A stretch of DNA of 63,429 nt. Origin: Pseudomonadota bacterium. Lineage in GTDB: Bacteria > Desulfobacterota > Desulfobacteria > Desulfobacterales > JBDRRP01. The DNA lies in the NCBI GenBank assembly GCA_043825735.1, contig JBDRRP010000053.1, positions 1 to 63,429 on the forward strand, given 5' to 3'. A model generated the notes under the pieces. The model made no database searches and was not told the DNA's origin. It was given only the letters and a program-made list of their open reading frames with translations. A program made the translations under genes and the position numbers. This document shows, piece by piece, positions 9,465 through 20,381 of this stretch (positions are counted from its first letter, which is position 1; every line of letters starts with the position of its first letter).

Positions 9465-10131
9465 TTGATGTTTCAGGTGTTGTTTTTCTGCCGTCAGCCG
9501 ACGCGTCAAACACCGGCCCGAAACCCAGCACTTCGCGCACGCCCCGAAAGGTTCTCCGGTGGATGGGGCAGGGCCCGTGGGTGCGGATCGCCGCCTTGTG
9601 GGCGGCCGTGGGATATCCCTTGTGGCGGTCGAAACCGAACTCGGGGAATTCTTCGTGATAGCGCGCCATGAGGCGGTCCCGGGTGACTTTGGCGACGATG
9701 GAAGCGGCGGCGATGGACAGGCTCCGGGCGTCGCCCTTGGCAATGGCCTCTTGATCCACCGTGCACGGAACGCGGAAAATGCCGTCGATGAGGAGGTAAT
9801 CGGGTGCTGGCGTCAGATTGGCCACGGCAAAGGCCATGGACAGCAGTGATGCCTGGAGAATGTTCACTCGGTCGATTTCTACCGCATCGACGATGCCGAT
9901 GCCGATCGCCGTCGCCTGCTGGTAGATCAACTGGAGCAGGGCGGCGCGTTTTTTTTCGCTGAGGGCCTTTGAGTCGGTTACATCGTCGGAGCGGAAGCCT
10001 TCAGGAAGGATGACGGCGGCAGAAACAACAGGACCGGCCAGGGGACCCCGGCCGGCCTCATCAACGCCGGCGATACGGGTGAAACCGCTGTCGCGGGCGC
10101 TGCGTTCAAATACCAGCAGATCTGATGCCAT
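9430..10131 (-). CDS. rnhB: Ribonuclease HII
   Basis: GVDEAGRGPLAGPV, DSK, LIDG, KGD, IAAASIVAKVTRD and HKGY motifs. Confidence 0.96.
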   Translation of the reverse strand: MASDLLVFERSARDSGFTRIAGVDEAGRGPLAGPVVSAAVILPEGFRSDDVTDSKALSEKKRAALLQLIYQQATAIGIGIVDAVEIDRVNILQASLLSMAFAVANLTPAPDYLLIDGIFRVPCTVDQEAIAKGDARSLSIAAASIVAKVTRDRLMARYHEEFPEFGFDRHKGYPTAAHKAAIRTHGPCPIHRRTFRGVREVLGFGPVFDASADGRKTTPETSNHGVTEDTEIL

Positions 10132-10196
10132 GTGGCCCCGCATAGTCCTGCACCGCCGCAGGCAAAACCGGCGGACTCGGGAATACGGCCGCCGGC

Positions 10197-10544
10197 TTAG
10201 CTGAAACGCTTTTCCTTGATGCGTGCGGCCTTGCCTCTGAGCTTGCGCAGGTAGTAGATTTTGGACCGGCGCACCCTGCCGATGGTGAGGACCTCGATCT
10301 TGTCAAGGGCCGGCGAATGCAGCGGGAATACGCGTTCCACACCAACGCCGTAAGAGACTTTGCGGACCGTGAACGTGGCGTTGTTGGCGCCGTTGTGCCG
10401 ACCGATGACCACGCCCTGAAAGGCCTGGATGCGTTCTTTTTCACCTTCTTTGATTTTTACATGGACTTTGATCGTATCTCCCGGCGAGAAGGCCGGATGG
10501 TCCATGCGCATCATTTCCTGTTCCAGCGTTTTCAACTTTTGCAT
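10197..10544 (-). CDS. rplS: 50S ribosomal protein L19
   Basis: [14 protein letters not shown] and [10 protein letters not shown] motifs. Confidence 0.98.
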   Translation of the reverse strand: MQKLKTLEQEMMRMDHPAFSPGDTIKVHVKIKEGEKERIQAFQGVVIGRHNGANNATFTVRKVSYGVGVERVFPLHSPALDKIEVLTIGRVRRSKIYYLRKLRGKAARIKEKRFS

Positions 10545-10722
10545 TCTGTCCCCCGATCAGGATCCCGGCACCCTGATTGGGCGGGATCAAACGGTTGTCA
10601 GGTTATGGGTGCCGTTTATGGACGGACACTAAGTAACATTCCAATCAAACCGAAACTGTATACGCAATCGCGCAGATGAATTCAAGTGATAATTTGCGGA
10701 TTCTTGCGCCGCGGTGATAATT

Positions 10723-10859
10723 TTGATGGCACCGTAAAAAGTGATTTTGAACCACAGAGACCACAGAGAACCGCAGAGAATTTGATGAATAATTAGTGGG
10801 TTATCTCTGAGCTCTCTGCGTCCTCTGTGGTGGATTCGGATTTTTTACAAAGCTATCAA
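10723..10859. mobile_element. MITE-like element with TTGATGGnnnGTAAAAA ends enclosing CACAGAG x3 arms
   Basis: Left end TTGATGGCACCGTAAAAA, right end TTTTTACAAAGCTATCAA; internal ACCACAGAGACCACAGAG ... CTCTGCGTCCTCTGTGGT. Confidence 0.65.
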
Positions 10860-11415
10860 TCAATTGCGGTCTCCCAGCAGGCGATCGAGGATGATGGCCG
10901 CCGCCGCTCTTACCGATAGGTGGTTGTACGGGCCCGGACCCTGGATCGGCGCCAGTACGTGGTCGGCCGTTTCCATGAACGACGGCGACAGCCCCCAGGC
11001 GGTACCGAACACGAGCACATATGGCGTTCCATCGGTGAGCAGCGTCCTGAAAGCGGCATAGTCGATTACAGCTCCGGGCGGTCGGGCGGCCGTTGCCACC
11101 ATTTTGGGCGCCGTGCCGTGGCGGCGGGTCACCGCCGCGCGAACCGCCGCCAGGCTTTCCACAATCTGGACACCTTCCAGCGCTTCCCGGCGCTTGGGGT
11201 TGTAAACCGCGCCGTGTCCGGTCACCCAGTGTGCCACCAGACGGCCGATCAGACGGGCCTGGTCTTCCAGGGGGGTGACCACGAAAACCGTGTCGAGGCC
11301 GTACGTCCGTGCCGCCCGGGCCAGATCGTGGACATCCAGGTTGGTCACCGCGGAGGTGATGGTATCGCCGTTTTTGTTCTGGACCGGGTGGTGGGCAAGG
11401 GCGATGCTCAGATGT

Positions 11416-11435
<20 letters not shown>
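10860..11435 (-). CDS. SPOUT-family RNA methyltransferase (TrmD-associated)
   Basis: TSAVTNLDVHDLAR, FGTAWGL and YNHLSVRAAAAIILDRL SPOUT knot motifs; directly follows trmD. Confidence 0.85.
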
Positions 11436-12189
<754 letters not shown>

Positions 12190-12219
12190 CAGCGGGTTCC
12201 TTTTGGGTGGCTGCGGGGT

Positions 12220-12729
12220 CTACAGCCCCTCGGGCAGATCGACACGCATGATGCCGGCTCCCAGGTCAACGGAGACCACCACCTGTTCCAGGGCGGGCAC
12301 CAATACCTCGTCGGTGCCGTTTTGCACCACGTAGACGTCGTTGCTGCCGGTGGGGAAAATGGCGGTGAGGGTGCCCAAATACTTTTGATCGATGGTGTAG
12401 ACTTTAAGGCCGATGAGGTCGTTCCAATAATACTCCCCATCGTCGAGCGGCGGCAACTCGGTGCGGTCTATGACGATGTCGGCACCAATGAGGGTTTCGG
12501 CCTGGTTGCGATCGGTGACGGTGTCGAGTGCGGCGATGGTGCGGCCCTTGTGCGGCCTGGCGTTGGTGATACGGTAGACGGCGGGAGGTTTGCCTGGTAA
12601 TTGAAGGCGGATCGGGTCGCCTTTTTTCAGGTCCCGATCCGATTCCTCGTGGAAATGAATGACAACTTCGCCGCGAATGCCGTGAGCGCCGACAAGTCGG
12701 CCGATGGCGAGCACATCACTACCCGCCAT
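12220..12729 (-). CDS. rimM: Ribosome maturation factor RimM
   Basis: IGRLVGAHGIRGEV, EYYWNDLIG and TGSNDVY motifs. Confidence 0.95.
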   Translation of the reverse strand: MAGSDVLAIGRLVGAHGIRGEVVIHFHEESDRDLKKGDPIRLQLPGKPPAVYRITNARPHKGRTIAALDTVTDRNQAETLIGADIVIDRTELPPLDDGEYYWNDLIGLKVYTIDQKYLGTLTAIFPTGSNDVYVVQNGTDEVLVPALEQVVVSVDLGAGIMRVDLPEGL

Positions 12730-12732
12730 GGC

Positions 12733-12963
12733 CTACTCGATGATTTCCAGCACAGTGCGTTTTCTCACTTTGGCCGAGGCGGCACTGAGAATCGTGCGCA
12801 TGGCGCGAGCCGTGCGTCCCTGTTTACCGATAACCTTGCCCAAGTCTTCCTTGGCAACCGACAACTCCAGCACAGAGGTCTGGTTGCCCTCGACTTCCGA
12901 GACCTCTACCTGATCCGGATTGTCAACCAATGCCCGTGCGATGTATTTGATCAGCTCTTTCAT
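12733..12963 (-). CDS. khpA: KH-domain RNA-binding protein KhpA/YlqC
   Basis: [17 protein letters not shown]; lies between rpsP and rimM. Confidence 0.93.
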   Translation of the reverse strand: MKELIKYIARALVDNPDQVEVSEVEGNQTSVLELSVAKEDLGKVIGKQGRTARAMRTILSAASAKVRKRTVLEIIE

Positions 12964-13086
12964 AGCACCGTCTCCTTGTGTTGCTCTTTAGCGTCCAAGG
13001 TCCATTATGAGAGTCAGGCGTGACAGAATTCCCAATGGGAGGTGGTCGGTCGTTATGCTGCCTGAATAGAGCTGTGTGCTGTCTTG

Positions 13087-13323
13087 TTACTGCATTCCCT
13101 TGATGAGGTTTCTGACGGTATCCGTCGGTTTGGCCCCCTGGGACAGCCAGTAGCTGAGTCGATCTTGCTTGATCTCGACAGTGTGGGGGTGCTGAACCGG
13201 GTCGTAGGTACCGACGGTTTCGATGAAGCGACCGTCACGGGGGGATTCTGAATCCGCCACGACGATACGGTAAAATGGTTTTTTCTTGGCGCCATGACGG
13301 GCGAGTCTGATTTTAACTGCCAT
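13087..13323 (-). CDS. rpsP: 30S ribosomal protein S16
   Basis: [25 protein letters not shown]...PRDG. Confidence 0.98.
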   Translation of the reverse strand: MAVKIRLARHGAKKKPFYRIVVADSESPRDGRFIETVGTYDPVQHPHTVEIKQDRLSYWLSQGAKPTDTVRNLIKGMQ

Positions 13324-13334
13324 TAATCTCTCCT

Positions 13335-14666
13335 TTAAAACGGCATCATGCCGCGGTTCATGCCGCGCATGCCACCTTTGTTCAGTTTTTTCATCATTTT
13401 CATCACCTGGGTGTAATTCTTTAGCAGGCGATTGATATCTTGTACACTGGTACCACTTCCTTTTGCAATCCTTTTCCTTCGGCTACCGTTGACAATAGCG
13501 TGATTGCGGCGTTCCTCCCTTGTCATTGAGTTGATGATGGCTTCGATGCGGACCAGTTCGTGCTCGTCGACATCGAGGTTCTTCATTTGTTTTGCCTGGC
13601 CGAATCCCGGTATCATCTTCAACAGATCGGTCAGTGAGCCCATGCGCCGTATTTGAACCAGCTGGTCCCGGAAGTCTTCCAGGGTAAACTGGTTTTTCCG
13701 AAGCTTTTTTTCCAGTTCGACGGCTTTTTTTTCGTCGACCATGTCCTGCGCTTTTTCAATGAAACTCAGGACATCTCCCATGCCCAGGATCTGGGAGGCC
13801 ATGCGATCCGGGTGAAACGCGTCAAGATCGCTGAGTTTTTCGCCGACACCCACGAATTTGATGGGTTTGCCGGTGATGCTTTTGATGGAAAGCGCCGCAC
13901 CGCCGCGGGCGTCGCCGTCCACTTTGGTGAGCACGACCCCGCCGATATCGAGGGCAGCGTCGAAGGCAGTGGCGATGTTCACGGCGTCCTGCCCGGTCAT
14001 GGCATCTGCCACCAGCAGGATGTCGGCAGGGGATACCGCGTTGCGGATGCGCACCAGTTCGTCCATCAACTCGGTGTCGATGTGCAGCCGGCCGGCGGTG
14101 TCCAGCAGCAGGACATCACAGCCTTTCTGGACGGCGGCCGTCCGGGCGGCCAGACAGATGTCGACCGGGTCCATGGCCGTTGAAGACGGATGGACGGGCA
14201 CCGATATCTGGGCCCCGAGCGTGGTCAGCTGGTCGATAGCGGCCGGGCGGTAAATGTCGGCGGGAACCAGGTAGGGGTGCTTGCCCAGTTTGCGCAAATG
14301 CAGGGCCAGTTTGCCGGCGGTGGTGGTCTTGCCCGATCCTTGCAGACCCACCAGCATGACCGATACCGGGTGTTGTCCCTTCAGGTTGAGGGCCTGGTGA
14401 GCGGCGCCCATCAGCGCGGTGAGCTCTTCGTTGACGATCTTGATGACCTGCTGCCCCGGCGTGAGGCTGGCCATCACCTCCTGGCCCAGCGAGCGCTCCT
14501 TGATGGCGGCGATAAAGGACTTGACCACTCGGAAATGTACGTCGGCTTCGAGCAGAGCCATGCGCACTTCCTTGAGCCCCTGCTCGATATTTTTTTCAGT
14601 GAGTTTTCCATGCCCCTTGAGCGTCTTGAAAATGCCGTCGAGGCGTTCGCTGAGATTGTCGAACAT
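13335..14666 (-). CDS. ffh: Signal recognition particle protein Ffh
   Basis: [29 protein letters not shown] and a Met-rich M domain. Confidence 0.98.
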   Translation of the reverse strand: MFDNLSERLDGIFKTLKGHGKLTEKNIEQGLKEVRMALLEADVHFRVVKSFIAAIKERSLGQEVMASLTPGQQVIKIVNEELTALMGAAHQALNLKGQHPVSVMLVGLQGSGKTTTAGKLALHLRKLGKHPYLVPADIYRPAAIDQLTTLGAQISVPVHPSSTAMDPVDICLAARTAAVQKGCDVLLLDTAGRLHIDTELMDELVRIRNAVSPADILLVADAMTGQDAVNIATAFDAALDIGGVVLTKVDGDARGGAALSIKSITGKPIKFVGVGEKLSDLDAFHPDRMASQILGMGDVLSFIEKAQDMVDEKKAVELEKKLRKNQFTLEDFRDQLVQIRRMGSLTDLLKMIPGFGQAKQMKNLDVDEHELVRIEAIINSMTREERRNHAIVNGSRRKRIAKGSGTSVQDINRLLKNYTQVMKMMKKLNKGGMRGMNRGMMPF

Positions 14667-14867
14667 GTTGACCACCGTTGCTGTTCCGGTTGGCGCCGGC
14701 GCTTCATTTTACGAAGCCGGCATGATACCTGTCAGAAGGCTCCGAACCGGGATATTCGTAAACCCTGCAATTAAAATCGTTGAAATTACCGGGACGACGG
14801 TGGTAAGTCAAGCAAAAATCATCGACCCACGCCATGAACCACTGATCCCTGCCAGGAAACCCCCGGA

Positions 14868-15920
14868 ATGCCGTTTCAGAGACAAGACATCAAAGACCTG
14901 TCCGCCGATCAGCTGGCCCACTGGCTGACCGAGCAGGGCGAGCCGGCCTACCGCGCCGCGCAGATTCGAAAATGGCTCTACACGCACCAGGCCGATGATT
15001 TCGAAGCCATGACCAACCTGTCAAAAGGGCTGCGCCAACGGCTGGCCGAACACTTCAGCTGCGCGCGCCTTCAGGTCGCCGCTGTCGAGCGCTCCGTCGA
15101 CGGTTGCCGTAAATACCTGTTTCAGCTTCAGGACGGAAAATTCATCGAAAGCGTGCTCATGCCTGAGACTGATCGCAGCACCCTGTGCATTTCCAGTCAG
15201 GTGGGGTGCGCCCAGGGATGCCGGTTTTGCCTCACGGCCAAAGGCGGACTGGTAAGAAATCTCAGCGCCGGGGAGATCATCGCCCAGGTCAGAGACATGA
15301 TCCATCTGGAGCCCGAGCCCCGGCTCACCAATATCGTGGTCATGGGAATGGGTGAGCCTTTGGCCAACTACGCGAACATGATTGCGGCCATCGGCGTCAT
15401 CACCGACGCCGATGCCGGCCTCGGCATTTCCAAACGGCGGTTCACCTTGTCGACCGCCGGCATGGTATCGCGTCTGGAGGCGCTCGGGCGCGATACGGAC
15501 ATTAATCTGGCGATCTCTCTCAACGCCGCCGACGACGACACCCGCAGCGCGCTCATGCCCATCAACCGGACCTATCCCCTGGCGGCACTGATGGCGGCTT
15601 GCCGTCGATATCCCCTCACGCCGCGAGGCCGGATTACCTTCGAGTACATTCTCATGGACGGGGTGAACGACGCCGATGCGGATGCCGAGCGGCTGTCCAA
15701 GCTGCTTCACGGCGTGAAAGCCAAAATCAACCTGATCCCCTTCAACGACTACCCGGGCAGCCCCTACCGGCGTCCGAGCGATGCCCGTGTGGCGGCGTTT
15801 CAAGACGCTTTGTCCCGGCGTCAGCACACCGTTATGGTGCGCATGAGCCGGGGCCAGGACATCTCGGCGGCCTGCGGCCAGCTCCGGGCCAATGTACTGG
15901 GAAAAGCCGATACCTCTTAG
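14868..15920 (+). CDS. rlmN: 23S rRNA (adenine2503-C2)-methyltransferase, radical SAM
   Basis: CISSQVGCAQGCRFC, MGMGEP and DISAACGQL motifs. Confidence 0.96.
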   Translation: MPFQRQDIKDLSADQLAHWLTEQGEPAYRAAQIRKWLYTHQADDFEAMTNLSKGLRQRLAEHFSCARLQVAAVERSVDGCRKYLFQLQDGKFIESVLMPETDRSTLCISSQVGCAQGCRFCLTAKGGLVRNLSAGEIIAQVRDMIHLEPEPRLTNIVVMGMGEPLANYANMIAAIGVITDADAGLGISKRRFTLSTAGMVSRLEALGRDTDINLAISLNAADDDTRSALMPINRTYPLAALMAACRRYPLTPRGRITFEYILMDGVNDADADAERLSKLLHGVKAKINLIPFNDYPGSPYRRPSDARVAAFQDALSRRQHTVMVRMSRGQDISAACGQLRANVLGKADTS

Positions 15921-15958
15921 AATACCCAACGCCCCATGATTATCGCGCGGTGATATTT

Positions 15959-16043
15959 AACCACGGAGCCACGGAGAACACGGAGGTTTTATAACAAAAC
16001 CTTGTAGTTTGGTTTTCTCCGTGCTCTCCGTGGCTCCGTGGTT
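15959..16043. repeat. Inverted repeat of CACGGAG x3 between convergent genes
   Basis: AACCACGGAGCCACGGAGAACACGGAG ... CTCCGTGCTCTCCGTGGCTCCGTGGTT. Confidence 0.88.
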
Positions 16044-16061
16044 CATTCGTTTTTTACGGTA

Positions 16062-17057
16062 TCAGATGATCCGGTCCCGGTTTTCCGCGGAAGGGACGGG
16101 GACAACGCTGATGACGGCGGTCCCTGAAGGCGATGACACGGTGACATCGACCGGTTTTCCGGCGGGGGCTTTGCCGTAACCGGCGCAGATGCCGGCGGCC
16201 AGCGGAAGCATGGCCGCATCGCCGCCGCCAGGGATCACGGCCAGGGGGCCGGGGAACTGGCGGGTGTGAAAAATCACGTCCGCCAATGGATCCACCAGTT
16301 GCTGGATCGCATCGTTTTCTGCCTGTTTTCTGCCGACGATGAGTTTGGTTGACGCGTTCAGGCGCAGGTGCCGGCCGTATTTGAGCAGGTTCAGCGCTCG
16401 CACCGTCATGTCCTGAGCCCGGGACATCAGGTCCTTGAGACGCACCGAATACCCCACATCCGTCAACAGACAGCCGCCGGCCGGTGCCGGATAATCGGTC
16501 ACCCCGTAGCGGCGGGCGAGTTCAATCTGCGGTTTTCGAGAGCGGCCGGAAATGTTCAGCAGCCGCTCGCGATCCACCCACCCTTTTTTTTCCGGTTCGG
16601 TTTCAGGCAGCAGCCGTGCCGACAGGGGCCTTATGATATAGCCGTTGCAGCCGGAGTGTTTTTCGACATATCGCAGCGACGGTTTGGTCTGGCTCATGGG
16701 CCGCTGCCCCGCTACCTCCCCGCTGAAGAGAAAGTGAAAATTGCCGCGGTCCATTTCTTCTCCGGCCAGACGGAACATGAGGCTGTGGCAGTCCATGCAC
16801 GGATTCATGTTTTTTCCGAAACCGGCCGGCGGGGCTTTGAGCAGTTCGAGGTAGTCGGGTGTGATGTCCCGGACTTTTAGGGGGATGTCGTAGCGGCTGG
16901 ATGCCCTTCGGGCCTTGTCTGCTGAAAAAAACGGGGTTTCAAACGACACCCACGTTACATCGATGCCCTGGTCTCTGAGGACCAGGGCCGAGAGGATGCT
17001 GTCCAGTCCGCCGGAGCAAAGACCCAGCGCGCGCACTTTTTTTTCGTCGTCGGCCAT
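16062..17057 (-). CDS. PP-loop tRNA sulfurtransferase-like protein (ThiI/MnmA-like, DUF814 type)
   Basis: SGGLDS PP-loop, NPCMDC, GEVAGQRPMSQ and GGCLL motifs. Confidence 0.8.
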   Translation of the reverse strand: MADDEKKVRALGLCSGGLDSILSALVLRDQGIDVTWVSFETPFFSADKARRASSRYDIPLKVRDITPDYLELLKAPPAGFGKNMNPCMDCHSLMFRLAGEEMDRGNFHFLFSGEVAGQRPMSQTKPSLRYVEKHSGCNGYIIRPLSARLLPETEPEKKGWVDRERLLNISGRSRKPQIELARRYGVTDYPAPAGGCLLTDVGYSVRLKDLMSRAQDMTVRALNLLKYGRHLRLNASTKLIVGRKQAENDAIQQLVDPLADVIFHTRQFPGPLAVIPGGGDAAMLPLAAGICAGYGKAPAGKPVDVTVSSPSGTAVISVVPVPSAENRDRII

Positions 17058-17077
17058 GTTATCGGTACTTTCTCCTT

Positions 17078-17262
17078 CAGGCTGTTGAAAAATGGCGCCT
17101 CACGACCTGATCCGTCCCGCAATGGCGGGACTCCGGTCAATCCTCAATCACGCCATGGCGTGACTACGCCTGCGGTTGCCCGATCGGCTGCGGCCTTCAG
17201 TCTTCGCCAAGGCTACGCCGGACAGGTGGCTGAGGCCGCGATGCTTGCTTTTCAGCAGCCTG
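17078..17262. mobile_element. Non-autonomous MITE with IS5/IS1182-like terminal inverted repeats
   Basis: Ends CAGGCTGTTGAAAA / TTTTCAGCAGCCTG (13/14). Internal hairpins GTCCCGC-AATG-GCGGGAC and TCACGCCATGGCGTGA. No transposase ORF. Confidence 0.65.
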
Positions 17263-17313
17263 TTATACTTGCCGCTGTGGCGGAATCCACAAAGCGCACG
17301 GAGATCGAACAGC

Positions 17314-17976
17314 ATGCGGGTAAACCAGATGAACGATACGCGGTCGCGATGCGACAAAATTCGCAAGAAACTAAAGGCAGTCTATCCCGGTGTCAAGACG
17401 CAGCTCGATCACAGCTCTCCTTTTCAGCTCCTTGCGGCAACCATTCTTTCGGCCCAGTGTACCGACCGCCAGGTGAACCAGACCACGCCGGGGCTCTTTG
17501 ACGCCTACCCGACAGCCGGTGCCATGTCCCGGGCGCCTGTTGCGGACATTGAGCGGCTGATCCATGCTACCGGCTTTTACCGCAACAAGGCCAAAAATCT
17601 TTCCAACTGCGCCCGGGCCCTGATGGATCGCCACCGGGGGCTGGTTCCCGATACCATGGATGCCCTGGTAAAGCTTCCCGGGGTGGGCCGAAAGACAGCC
17701 AACGTGGTGCTGGGGGCCGCCTTCGGCATTCCGGGGATGGTGGTGGACACGCACGTGGCCCGGATTTCCAGACGACTGGGACTCACGGCACACACCGATC
17801 CGGTGCACATCGAGAGGGATCTCATGGCCGTGGTTCCCCGGCGGGACTGGAGCGATTTTTCTCTTCGGTTGGTCTACTTCGGCAGGGAGTATTGCCGCGC
17901 CCGGTCACCCCGGTGCCCGGAGTGCCCCGTGACCCGGTGGTGCCCGTGGGAGGGAAAAACGGCAGATGACAGATGA
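17314..17976 (+). CDS. nth: Endonuclease III
   Basis: LSAQCTD, HhH LPGVGRKTANVV, VDTHV and C-x6-C-x2-C-x5-C Fe-S motif; start at 17314 or 17329. Confidence 0.95.
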   Translation: MRVNQMNDTRSRCDKIRKKLKAVYPGVKTQLDHSSPFQLLAATILSAQCTDRQVNQTTPGLFDAYPTAGAMSRAPVADIERLIHATGFYRNKAKNLSNCARALMDRHRGLVPDTMDALVKLPGVGRKTANVVLGAAFGIPGMVVDTHVARISRRLGLTAHTDPVHIERDLMAVVPRRDWSDFSLRLVYFGREYCRARSPRCPECPVTRWCPWEGKTADDR

Positions 17977-18560
17977 CAGATGGCAGAAAAACCGCAGGGG
18001 GATAGATCGGAGTGGGCGTGTATTCAGGGATTCCGAATTCAGGAATTGCGCCAATACGGCTTAAAAAGCGACAGGAATTTGGGGATTGAAAACCAATCGC
18101 TAAATGGCTTTCTGCGCTCGCCAGTGTCCCATTATGCCCTTCGGACATCCCAGGGCGCAAAAAGCAAAAAACATTGAACCGCGAAGGCCGCCAAGGACGC
18201 GAAGTTTTGTCCGAATCGGGTCGCCGGGAAAAAAGCCTCCCGGCTCACGATTCGAACAAAGAGTGTCATGCCCTTCGGGCAGCTCATAGCCCTTGGCCTT
18301 TGGTTCAACACCTCAACAGCCCGTCTGTCCGGCGGAGCTATGTATAGCGAAGGCGGAAGGAGGGTCCGCTGTCATCTGCCCTCCGGCCGTTCCCGGCCGC
18401 AGGCCGTCAATCCCTATCGGCGTTTATCTGCGTTCATCGGCGTCCCATTTCGCAGTTCGCCGTTGCCCTTGCGGCCGCAGGCCGTCCATCAGCGCCATCC
18501 GCGTAATCTGCGGTTAATTCTCTTTGCAGTTGCAGTTGATTTTTGCTTTTGGTTTTCTGT
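17961..18560. repeat. Mosaic of short tandem and palindromic repeats
   Basis: GGCAGATGACAG heptamer arm with its inverse at 18369-18380; CGCGAAG-type triplet at 18177-18204; ATCnGCG triplets at 18416-18514; GGCCGCAGGCCGTC twice. Confidence 0.65.
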
Positions 18561-18607
18561 CCTCGGGCAGTATCCGGCAGAAGAGTGCCCATCCGGAATC
18601 CAACCGG

Positions 18608-20191
18608 TCAGCCCTCTTTGCCTTTGAGCATCCGGCGAACGGTCTTTGCGAGTTTGCCCATATTCACCGGCTTCATGAGGAAGGCGCCGATGCCGATGGC
18701 CCTGGCTTCCTTTTCGGAGAGGACTTCACTGTAGCCGGTACACAGGATGATGCGGACGTCCGAGGCGATTTGCATGAGCTCTTTGGCCAGGCGGGCTCCG
18801 GTCATCTTCGGCATGGTTTGATCGGTGATGACCAGATCGACGTCTTTCAGATGCTCGCGGTAGTATTCCAGGGCCTCCAGAGGGGCGGCAAAGGCCGTGA
18901 CCCGGTAGCCCAGGCGCTGGAGCATCTCAGCTTCCATTTCAAGAAGGCTGGCGTCGTCGTCCACGATGAGGATGGATCCGCTGCCTTTGGGAATGCTCTC
19001 GGCGGTATCGTCGTTGCCGGTGCGTGTTTTCTTGGGCGTCACCAGCGGCAGCAGTACGTGAAACGTGGCCCCCTTATCGGGTTTGCTGTACACCGTGACA
19101 GCGCCGGCGTGGTGGCTGACAATACCGTGAACGACCGACAACCCCATCCCGGTGCCTTCGTTTACGCCTTTGGTGGTGAAAAATGGGTCAAAGATGCGGT
19201 CCATCACTTCCGGCGCGATGCCCTTGCCGGTGTCCATGACGGTGAGCATGGCATAGCGGCCCGGCTTCAGATTGCCGTGCATGGCGGCCTCTTCCTCGTC
19301 CAGCGTCAGGTCGGTGAGTCCGATGTCCAGGACGCCGCCATCTTTGCGCATGGCATGGGCGGCATTGGTGCACAGATTCATCAGCACCTGGGTGATGAGG
19401 GAGATGTCCGCCATGATGGTGAGCGGTTCGGTTGTGATGTGCTGTTGGATGTCGATGGTCGTGGGCAGCGAGGCGCGCAGCAGTTTCAGCGACTCTTTGA
19501 TGAGGCTGTTGATGATGAGCGGGCGCTTTTCCTGGGTGGTCTGGCGGCTGTAGTTGAGGATCTGCATCACGAGGTCTTTTGCCCGGAGGCACGCCCCCTC
19601 GATTTTTTCCAGGTGTTTTCGGATCGGGTTGCCATCGGGTATATCGGATTTGGCCAACTCCGCATTGCCGCTGATGATCCACAGGATGTTGTTGAAGTCG
19701 TGGGCGATGCCGCCGGCCAGGGTGCCCACGGCTTCCAGCTTCTGGGAGAGCATCAGTTGGGCTTCGAATTTTTTGCGTTCCTCCTCGGCATGGATTTCCC
19801 GGGTGATATCCATTGCTGTGATGACGGCGCCGTCTGAGAAGGGGGCGATGTACACCGAGAGGTATTTGCTATGGTAGGGAAGCCGATCAAAGGCGCGGGG
19901 CGTGCCATTTTCGATGCATTCCATGAGTTCTGAGCGCATGTCCACGCTATGTCCGCCGGCATAATCGGCGGTGTACATCCGGTCTCCGATGGCCGGTTTT
20001 CGTCCGGCGGACCGGTTGATGCCGTTGGCGTGGGGGGTGATGTTGAAATCGGTGATCCGGCCGCTGCGGTCCACCACGATGATGTCGAAGGGGTAGGTAT
20101 GAAATATTTCCCGATAGCGATCCACTTGCCGCTGCAGCGACACGGTGTCGTTCTGGGAGATCGACTTCTGGCTGCTGGGTGCCTTGGTCAC
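18608..20191 (-). CDS. Cytoplasmic hybrid sensor histidine kinase (PAS-like, HisKA, HATPase, REC)
   Basis: AGGIAHDFNN, NLCTNA, DTGKG, GTGMGL and receiver TDQTMP. Start uncertain: GTG 20191 chosen, ORF open to 20350. Confidence 0.9.
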   Translation of the reverse strand: MTKAPSSQKSISQNDTVSLQRQVDRYREIFHTYPFDIIVVDRSGRITDFNITPHANGINRSAGRKPAIGDRMYTADYAGGHSVDMRSELMECIENGTPRAFDRLPYHSKYLSVYIAPFSDGAVITAMDITREIHAEEERKKFEAQLMLSQKLEAVGTLAGGIAHDFNNILWIISGNAELAKSDIPDGNPIRKHLEKIEGACLRAKDLVMQILNYSRQTTQEKRPLIINSLIKESLKLLRASLPTTIDIQQHITTEPLTIMADISLITQVLMNLCTNAAHAMRKDGGVLDIGLTDLTLDEEEAAMHGNLKPGRYAMLTVMDTGKGIAPEVMDRIFDPFFTTKGVNEGTGMGLSVVHGIVSHHAGAVTVYSKPDKGATFHVLLPLVTPKKTRTGNDDTAESIPKGSGSILIVDDDASLLEMEAEMLQRLGYRVTAFAAPLEALEYYREHLKDVDLVITDQTMPKMTGARLAKELMQIASDVRIILCTGYSEVLSEKEARAIGIGAFLMKPVNMGKLAKTVRRMLKGKEG

Positions 20192-20381
20192 CGAAAACCG
20201 CCCAATGCTGGGATCATAGCGTGTCCGCGCCTGCCGAAAAGTATCCTTTAAGAATCCTTTTGCCCTGCGACCTGCGCGGTTCAACGGCCGCCGCTGTTCC
20301 TGGTGAGGCGACCGTAGGGGTTTTATATGCGGGTGCCGCTGCGATGTCAAACGATGGTCGGGATGACCGGAGCTTCAGCCG

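Noticed and set aside
10545..10590. L19 autoregulatory leader
   Set aside because: Alternative hairpins are visible but cannot be tied to a known leader without covariation data.
14676..14868. SRP RNA (ffs) next to ffh
   Set aside because: No SRP domain IV hairpin (CAGG...GGAA...AGCA) was recognised.
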